A stretch of 64,000 bases of DNA from Camelus dromedarius. Taxonomy: Eukaryota. How positions within the stretch are numbered: the first letter of the stretch is position 1; the number at the start of each line of letters is the position of its first letter. Location: assembly GCF_036321535.1 (NCBI RefSeq), contig NC_087447.1, positions 41,542,001 to 41,606,000 of the forward strand, read 5' to 3'. Shown one piece after another: positions 55,789 through 64,000 of this stretch. The notes under the pieces are model-generated. The model saw nothing but the letters and a program-made list of their open reading frames with translations. It was not told the origin of the DNA and did not search any database. A program made the position numbers and the translations under genes.

Positions 55789-56694
55789 TATTGAAAGAAC
55801 CAAAAAAAAATTGAATTTTTTGTGAAATTTTGTTATTTCATAATTTCACTGTTTCTTTGCACCATGAAGTGTAAACAGACCCAGGGCAAATGGCTGTTTA
55901 TCAACTATTTAACTAACCCCAAAGTTGCAGGCACAATAGCTTAAAAGGTACCCTGAGGGAACAAAGAAGGAAGAGTCTGTTCCATGCTGGGAGAATCTGG
56001 GAAAGGAAGGAGAGTAGCTTCCAGAAGAGAGAGGATCCTTAGATAACGAGGAATGAGAACCCAAAGTCACCATGATACAGAAGCTCCACTCAGGAATCCT
56101 CAGAAACCTTGGAGAAAACACAAGATGAGCCCCAAACAGCTCAGGGTGGGCCAAAGTCCCCATAACTCACGATTTCCCTAAAGGGTGAGTCCTTGAGAAA
56201 GAGAAACAAATCAGGTGGAAGTCACTGTTATCTACCACCTGTCAACTGTTCCCCAAAGGTAAGCCCCAGTCCCTGGCCACCTGCATAGTTCATGTCTATA
56301 GCCACATTCCAGACAGCCCCTACTCGAGCCTGATCAACTTCCAGTGACATACGGCGAAGTTCAGATTCTTTCTAAATAAACATAGCAAAAGCTTGCGCTC
56401 TACCAATAACTTAGTATTCTCAAAGGTAGCAGCTGGAATTAGATTCAATTGAGCTAAAACAACAATGAAATAAATAAGAGAAGTGTCTTTCTCTTTCTTT
56501 CACTAAATAGTCCAGAGCTGGGAATTATGGGCACTTCACAAATCCTCAGACTCCCTCCAGCCACCACCCTACCTGCCCTCAAGTGTGGCCTCATCTTTGT
56601 GGGAGTTAGCAGTCCTCCTTCCTTTGCTAAGAAATGCCTACAGCTAGATCTTCTGCCATTACATCTGTTTCATGGAGCAAGAGGGAGGAAAGGC

Positions 56695-57588
56695 CATACA
56701 GTAGTTCTGTTTTTAACTTTTTGAGGAACATCCATACTATTTTTTATAGCAGAGGCACCATTCTGCATTACCACCCACAGTGTCTACAAGGGTTCTAATT
56801 TCTCCACATCCCTGCCAACACTTGCCTTTTGTTTTCTTGATAATAGCCATCCTAACAAGCATGAAGTAATATCTCATTGTGATTTTGATTTGCATTTCCC
56901 TTATGATTAGTGACACTGAGTATATTTTCATGTACCTGTTGGCCATCTATATGTTTTCTTTTAAGAAATGTCTATCCAAGTCTTTAGGCCATTTTTAAAC
57001 TGGGTTATTGGGGTGGGGGGGGTTGCTATCGAGTTGTATTACCATATGATCCAGCAATCCTGCTTCTGCATCATTATCCAAAAGAACTGAAATCAGGATC
57101 TCAGAGATATTAGCACTCTGTATTTACTGCAGCATTATTCACAATAGCCAAGATGGGGATGCAACCTAAATGTCCACTGATGGATGAACGGACAAAGAAA
57201 ATGTGTAATTTCCATACAATGAATAAATAATATTCAGCCTTAAAAATGAAGGAAATCCTGCAATATGTGACAACATGGACGAACCTTAGGACATGACGCT
57301 AAGTGAAAAGCTAGTCACAGAAGGACAATTACTGCATTGATTCCATTTACATGAACCCATAGAAGCAAAGAATAGAATGGTGTTGCCAGGGGCTGGGGGG
57401 AGGGAGGCGAAATGGGAAGTAGCTAATCAGCAAGTATAACGTTTCAGTTATGCAAGATGAGTAAGTTCTAGAGAGCTGCTGTTCAGCATTGTGCTGAACA
57501 GATACAGATAACAATACCGCACTGTGCACTGAAAAGTCTGTTAGGAGGGTAGATGTCATGCTAAGTGTTCTTACCACAAAAAAAAAAA
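56695..57588 (+). mobile_element. L1 (L1MA8/9-like) with 5' inversion, inserted in a MaLR LTR remnant
   Basis: 56695-57037 is antisense ORF2 end. 57038-57588 is the sense continuation to the A tail. Confidence 0.85.
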
Positions 57589-59649
57589 GACAAAAGAAGG
57601 AAGGAATGAAGAATAGAAGGCAGAGGACACATGCCAAATGTCTTTTAATGAAGCCAGCATATCATACTCTCACGTGTCTCCCATTGGCCACATTGAGCAG
57701 CTCTGTAACATCCAAACGTAACTGCCATAGATTTTCATGATTAACTTGCCTACACCAGGCCTAAACTCTCACATTAAAGAAAGCAGGGGAAAATACAACA
57801 CAGTGCAGTTTAGATATCCTCACCACCTCAGATCTTCTCCAAGTTGGTGTCAGTGCACCAGGGTATTTGTCTAATTGTAGCAACCACTCCCAGACCCGAG
57901 ACCTCCAAGTTAAGGATTAACCTTTTGGCAATTTCAGGTGAATCAAAGGAATTGTGCATCTTTTGTGCTGTGAGGGCAGGATTCTACCTGACTTAAGTCT
58001 TCACTATCCTTCCCCGTGAAGTCCTAATGTCAGCAGTCACCACACTGATACACATGCTCCCGCCCTGCTAGTGTGGTGTCAGAAGGTCTTTATACAGAGC
58101 AATGTGGGCAATATAGGCCCGAGGCTAGCAGAATTATATTCTATGGTTCACCTTCTCTTACTTGGGAAGCTAGTCTAAACTTGACATGCTCTAAAAGTCC
58201 TCCAGGCAGTCATCCACGACATATCTATTGAGTATCTAGCAGGCGTCAGGAGCTAGGTCCTAGAGTAACAAACGTCAGCAGAACAGTTCTTGCCTTCATG
58301 GAGGTTACAACTATTTAGCAAGACAGGACATTAATCAAATGGCCACCTGAATACGTAACTCCAAAAGTGACAGCGCTGGAAGGAAAAGTACAACAGCTGT
58401 ATCAGAGCCTAACAAGAAAACTTGACATCCTTCCAGGTATGAGGAAGAAGAAGAAGGTTCTGCACATTGGAAACAGCATGTGCAAAGGCCCTGGGAGAGT
58501 TTAGAGGAACAATACCCAAGTCATTTCCCCCCATTTTATTTGTCTTGTATTCATGATTGGACATTCTGTTATGTTTATGCAATAAAAGCTCGATATCTAA
58601 TGCCTATAAATTCCTTATTTTACTAAGGGAAGTACCACATGGCCTGGGTAAATAAAACCAGATTTAGTGTTCCAAGGTGGTGATGTTTTCAAATTAACTT
58701 TTCCAAATCCTATCACTTTTCCAGCATTTACTGAATTTATAACAAACCTGCTTTAAAATTCCTCACGCCCACCCTCCTCAACCCCTTGTGTTTCCTGCAT
58801 GTTTCCAGTTGTGTCTCTCTCAAACATTCCTTCCATATGAGTATATTCTGGAAGTCAGTGGAGAAGAATGCCTTCCCCATGCTGTTTTGTAAGCATCTTT
58901 ATTCCTTCTGCCAAAGTTCTAGAGGGGCCAGACCCCATGCAGGCACTCCAGTGCCAGGACCCCTCCAACCCACCCCTGCTTCGGTGGGCTCTAACTTGAA
59001 CCATTCATTCTCCCCCAGGGTCTGGACTTCCGCTCAGCCCTTCCCCAGAGAGCAAGTGGAATAAGATCTGGATGATATTAATGGTCCTGTCCCCTAATAC
59101 AGCACCCCCACCCCCTGCTTCAAATTAGATCTATCTGTCCTCTACCCGTCCCGATGAGTTAGGCCTGAATGCACTGCCACGTTCCATTCCTGCCAGAGAT
59201 CTCTGAAGTCTGTCAATTAATTCACAGTCTCTGTCCTTACTGTTTGTGCTTTCCTCACACACCTCAAGATGCTCTGGAATAGGAGGGATGGGTAGAAGAA
59301 AAAATATGAACTGTGTGGGAAGAGTTTAAATAGAGAAGGGAACCCAACAACTTAGCAACAGGGTAGGGCCAAACCAAAAAGAGAGAGAAGGGAAAATTTC
59401 CTGTGGGCTGGAGGGGAAGGCATATTCAATGTAAACTTGTTTCCTATTGTGTACTGTGCTGTAATACCCCTCCACAACCCAACCTCTTCAGTAAAAGCCT
59501 CTTATAACAGCATTCTCATAACACTGATATTTGGGGAAATAAAGGAGAAGAGGCCTTGGCAAACTGCAATATGGACCAATACAAGAGCTGATGTAAGACG
59601 AGCCCTCTTTATTAGCCGAGATAAGCTGGGCTGTAGCTAGCTTATTCAC

Positions 59650-60360
59650 CTTTAAATGTAAATATTAAAAAATATGAAAGGTTGAACACCAATGATCTAA
59701 GTTTTCAACTCAAACACTAGAAAAAGAACAGCAAATTAAATCCCACCAAACTAGAACAGAGGGATAAAGATAAGAGCAGAAATCAATGAAATAGAAAAAA
59801 GACATGCAATAGACAAAATCAACAGTGCAAAGTGTGTTCCTTGAATAGATTAATAGGATTAATAAACCCCTGGCACGGCAGATCTAGAGAGAAAAAAAAT
59901 GGGAGCGAGAATACAAATACCAAAATCACATATACAAAATGGGATATCACTGCAGACCTTACATACATTAAAAAGATAAAGAGAATATTATAAATAACTT
60001 TATACCAGTAAGTTGGCATTCTATGTGCCCATATTTATGGCAATAAACTGAAAATTTTAGATGAAATATTCAAGTTCATTAAAATACAATTTACCAAACT
60101 TACCACAAGAAGAAATAGAAAATACCAATAGTCCTATGCTAGCAAAGAAACTGGCTCTGACATTACTCTTCCACAGAGAAACCTGCAAGCCCAAATGGTG
60201 TCGCAAAGACTTAAGGTATAAATAGTACTGATCCAAATGAATGCATCCAGAGAATAGAAGAGGAGAAACATCCAAGCTCATTTTATAAGGCTTGCAAAAC
60301 CTTGATACCTTGATATCAGAAAGACAGTACAGGAAAGCAAAATTACTGGCCAACATCGCA
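59650..60360 (+). mobile_element. Old L1 ORF2 fragment
   Basis: ctagaaaaagaacagcaaattaaa...agagcagaaatcaatgaaatagaaa...caatttaccaaac. Confidence 0.75.
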
Positions 60361-60774
60361 GACTGAAAAATTTAGCGGAGCCCATGGCAAGCCTCCCCAC
60401 CATAGTGTACTCCTGTGGTCATTAAATATCCCTTTGCTCCCTTCGTCCCACAAATGGAACACCTTCAACTGCTGCTCATGGAAAACAATTCAAAATCCAA
60501 TCTGCCATTGCATTTTGTAGTCTGCTCTGTCAGGAACAAATGTGACTTCTCTTAGACTGAAGACCTGTCAACCAAAAAGGCAAGTCGTCTATCTCCCACC
60601 CGTGCCAACATACAAGCATGCAGTGATGGGCCAGGAATCAGGATAACTTCAGTAAACACTCCCATGGGGGAGACCCACAGTGGCAACAGTTCCACAGCTA
60701 CACTGGTATGACACTGCTGAATACACTGGTGTTACAAAGCTGAAGTGCCAGTGAGCAGACATTAGAACGGCTAG

Positions 60775-63175
60775 ACATTTCAGATAAATGGAATCATACA
60801 ATATGTGGTCTTTTGTGTCTGGTGTCTTTAGCACAATGTTTTCAAGGTTCAATCCATATTGTAATATGAATTAATACTTCATTTATTTTTATGGCTGAAT
60901 AATATTCCATTGTGTAGATATGCTATATTTTGTTTATTTATTCATCTGTTTATGGACAATGTGGATTGTTTCCACTTTGGGGCCATGAACATTTGTGGGC
61001 AAGTTTTTGTGTGAACATATGTTTTCATTTCTCTTGGGAAGATATCTAGGGATGGATTTTGTGGGTCATATAGGAACTCTATGTTGAAGATTTTGAGGGA
61101 CTATCCAACTCTTTTCCTGAAAGGCCATCCTATATGACGTCCTCACCAGCAGTATATGAGGTTCCAATTTCTCCATATCCTCACCTTCACTTGTCATTGT
61201 CTCTATTTGATTATAGCCATCTTAGAGGGTGAGAAGTTGTACCTCATAGTTTTGATTTGCATTTTCCTGATGCCAAATGATATTGAACATCTTTTCATAT
61301 GCTTAATGACCATTTTTATTTCTTATTTGAAGAAATGTCTATCAGATTCTTTGCCCGTTTTTAAATTAGGTTATTTCTCTTTCTACTGTTCAGTTGTAAT
61401 AGTTCTTTCTATATTCTAGACATTAGACCTTTATTGGGGAGTGGAATAGCTCAAGTGGTAGAGGTCCATGGGTTCAATCCCCAGTACCTCCTCCAAAAAT
61501 AAATAAACCTAATTACCTCCCCCCAAAATAAAATTAGTAAATAGTACAATAATAAATAAAGTATTTTTTAAAACCAAATATATATACATATGATTTGCAA
61601 ATATTTTCTCATACTTTTCACTTTCTTTAGAGTATCTTTTGAAACACTTTATGTTGTCCATTCATTTTGATGAAGTCTATTTTTTCTTCTGTTGTTTGTG
61701 CCTTTGGTATTATATGCAAGAAACCTTTGCCTAATCCAAGGTCATGAAGATTATATCTACCTCAGTTTTCTTCTTCTTTAAATGTTTGATGAACATCTAT
61801 CCTTTGCTTTTCTTTGTGGCAAGTTTTTTGATTGCTAATTCAATCTCTGTACTTGCTATAATTTTGCTTCCTTTTTACTTGTTACTCTTTACTTGTTAAT
61901 TACTGTTTTAATTTTCTATTTCTTCTTGTGTCAGTTTCAGTAGTTTATATCTTTCTGGGAATTTTTTTCATTTTATCTAGGTTATCTAATTTTTTGGCAT
62001 ACAAGTGTTCATAGTATTTGCTTATATTCCTTTTTATTTTTGTAAGGTTGGTAGCAATGTCCTTTCTCTTATTCCCGATTTTAGTAATTTAAGCCTTCTC
62101 TTTTTTTCTCTTGGTCATTCATGGTAAAAGTTTGTCAATTTTGTTGATGTTTTCAAAGAAACAACTTTCGGTTCTGTTGATTTTTCTCTATTATTTTTCT
62201 ATTTTTATTTCATTTATTTCTGCTCTAGTTGTTATTATTTCCTTCCTTCTGCTTGCTTTTCTTAGTTTAGTTAGCTCTTGTTTTTCTAGTTTCTAATGGT
62301 GAAAGTTTAGATTACTAATTTGAGATCATTCTTCTCTTTTAAGGTGTTTTCAGCTATAAATTTCCCTTGCATTGTTTTGAGTGTATCCTGTAAGTTTTGG
62401 TATGTGTTTTTATTTTCATTCATCTCAAAGTATTTTCTAATTTCCCTTGATATTTCTTCTTTGATTCATTGATTATTCAGAAGAAATGTTTGATTTCAAC
62501 ACATTTGTGAATGTCCTTCTGTTACGGCTTTCAGATTTCATTCTATTTTGGTTGGGGAACATACACTATTACAAACTTTTACAATTTATTGAGATTTGTT
62601 TTATGGCTTGACATACGGTCCATTGTAGAGAACGTTTCACATAAACTAGAGAAGAACGAATATTCTGCTGTTGTTAAGGGGCAAGTTCTATTGCTCTCTG
62701 TTAGGTCTAGTTTGTTTATATCATTGTTCAAGTCTCTATTTCCTTGTTGATCATCTGCCTATTTTTATCTGTCTGTTCTATCCATTATTGAAAGTGGGGG
62801 TATTGAAGTCTTCAACTATTATTGTAAAACTATTTCTCTCTTTAATTCTTATTTTTTGCTTCATGTATTTTGGGGCTCTTTTGTATCATTGATGCATATA
62901 TGTTTATAGTTTTGTATCTCCATGATAGATTGATTCTTTTATAAAAATAAAAGAATAAAAATGTTCTTCTTTGTTTCTAGTAACAGTTTTTATCTTAAAG
63001 ACTATTTTTCCTAATATTAGTATAGCTATTCCAGCTTCTTTTGGTTACTATTTTCATGGTAAATCTTTTCCCATCCTTTTACTTTCAACCTATTTCTGTC
63101 TTTGAATCCATGTCTCTTGTAGACAGCATATAGTTAGATTGTGAGTGTCTGTTTTTCATTCTTTCTGCCAGTTTC
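60775..63175 (-). mobile_element. L1MB-like element, antisense (3' UTR into ORF2), interrupted by a SINE
   Basis: aaatggaatcatacaatatgtggtc...ggctgaataatattccattg...ttgatttgcattttcctgatg...ccatccttttactttcaacct. Confidence 0.85.
61436..61572 (+). mobile_element. tRNA-derived SINE, camelid vic-1-like, internally deleted
   Basis: GGGGAG head, A box TAGCTCAAGTGG (61447-61458), B box GGTTCAATCC (61471-61480), then ccccagtacctcc...aaataaacctaattacctcccccc and an AT-rich tail. Confidence 0.8.
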
Positions 63176-63451
63176 TGGTCAATTCTATTCTGAAATCATC
63201 TTTTTCTTGTAATACCTTGACGACTGCAGCCCCCAGTAGCCAATATATCCTACTACTGTTCTGTTTCTCAGTCTCTTCTCCTAGAGCTGTCATATAAAGA
63301 AACACGAGTTCTGCCTCCCAAGTTAGATCAATTAATAATGTTTCAGCACTAAAGTGCTGAGATAATCCCAGTCTCCGACATTAGTTTTCCACTCAGTAAG
63401 CCACCAGACTATCAGGCTATTAGAGCAGAGCCCTGCTTAGAGGGAAATACT

Positions 63452-63843
63452 TACATTAGTCAGAGAACAATAAGCTGTACTGTGTTAATAAACAAACCCA
63501 AAACGCTAAGTGGTCCAACCCAGCAAAGGTTTATTTTTCACTTCTGACACTATCCAATGCAGGTCAGGCAACTCTTCTGCATTGCCCTTTACACGCAGTA
63601 ACAAGTTCCTTACAAACAACAATTTAGCCATCTCGGAGTTCTTAACTTCTAGAACCACAGACAAGAAAGAGAGAGCGGTTGGTAGTGCAGGAGGTTTCTT
63701 GTCAGGTTCAAAGATGGCATATAGCACTCCTGCCCACATCTAATGGGCCAGACATAATCACACGTCTCAACTCAACTGCAGTGGGGGTGGAAACTTTACA
63801 GGAATGCACTGGTATTTGGTGATCACGAGCAGTCTCCACCATA
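63452..63843 (-). mobile_element. MaLR LTR (MLT1-like)
   Basis: tacattagtcag...aataaacaaacccaaaa...ggtttatttttcac...gggccagacataatcacac...tatttggtga. Confidence 0.7.
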
Positions 63844-64000
63844 CCCCTATTCTCTAAACATATTAAAATTTCACCTCTGAAGGGAGAGAAGGATGGTTAG
63901 AGTTTACTGTTTTATGGATACAGGCCATCCAGAACAGGAGGATGAATCATGGCTAAGTGGTGTGGGCTCTGAAGCCGGGCTGTCTGGGTTCAAATCTTGG

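Noticed and set aside
58074..58085. TGGTGTCAGAAG, resembling a tRNA-Leu primer-binding site
   Set aside because: Only 12 nt, not preceded by an LTR CA end, and no gag/pol remnant recognised.
61436..61495. tRNA gene
   Set aside because: No anticodon arm, and followed by a SINE tail inside an L1.

Overview
Mammalian genomic DNA, probably camelid (judged from a vic-1-like tRNA-derived SINE at ~61.4 kb). The window holds the complete AMPD3 gene (AMP deaminase 3) on the minus strand. Its 14 shared coding exons (38325 down to 7909) join in frame to 2304 nt, i.e. 767 aa plus stop. Alternative first exons are 1a (CpG island, MALSSDPAE-), a candidate non-coding 1b, and 1c (MESPAPGSAE-). The last coding exon and 3' UTR of RNF141 lie tail-to-tail on the plus strand. 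The rest is intronic or intergenic and dense with old transposons (L1, L2, MIR, MaLR/ERV LTRs, hAT-Charlie, Tigger). I found no convincing new biological system. The best leads are a GC-AG intron 8 donor with a competing frameshifting GT, a Pro at AMPD3 residue 229, a lengthened exon 1c peptide, an excess of NRF2/MAF-type ARE motifs, and a nested transposon cluster upstream of the promoter. Human comparisons and repeat family names are from recall, not database searches.
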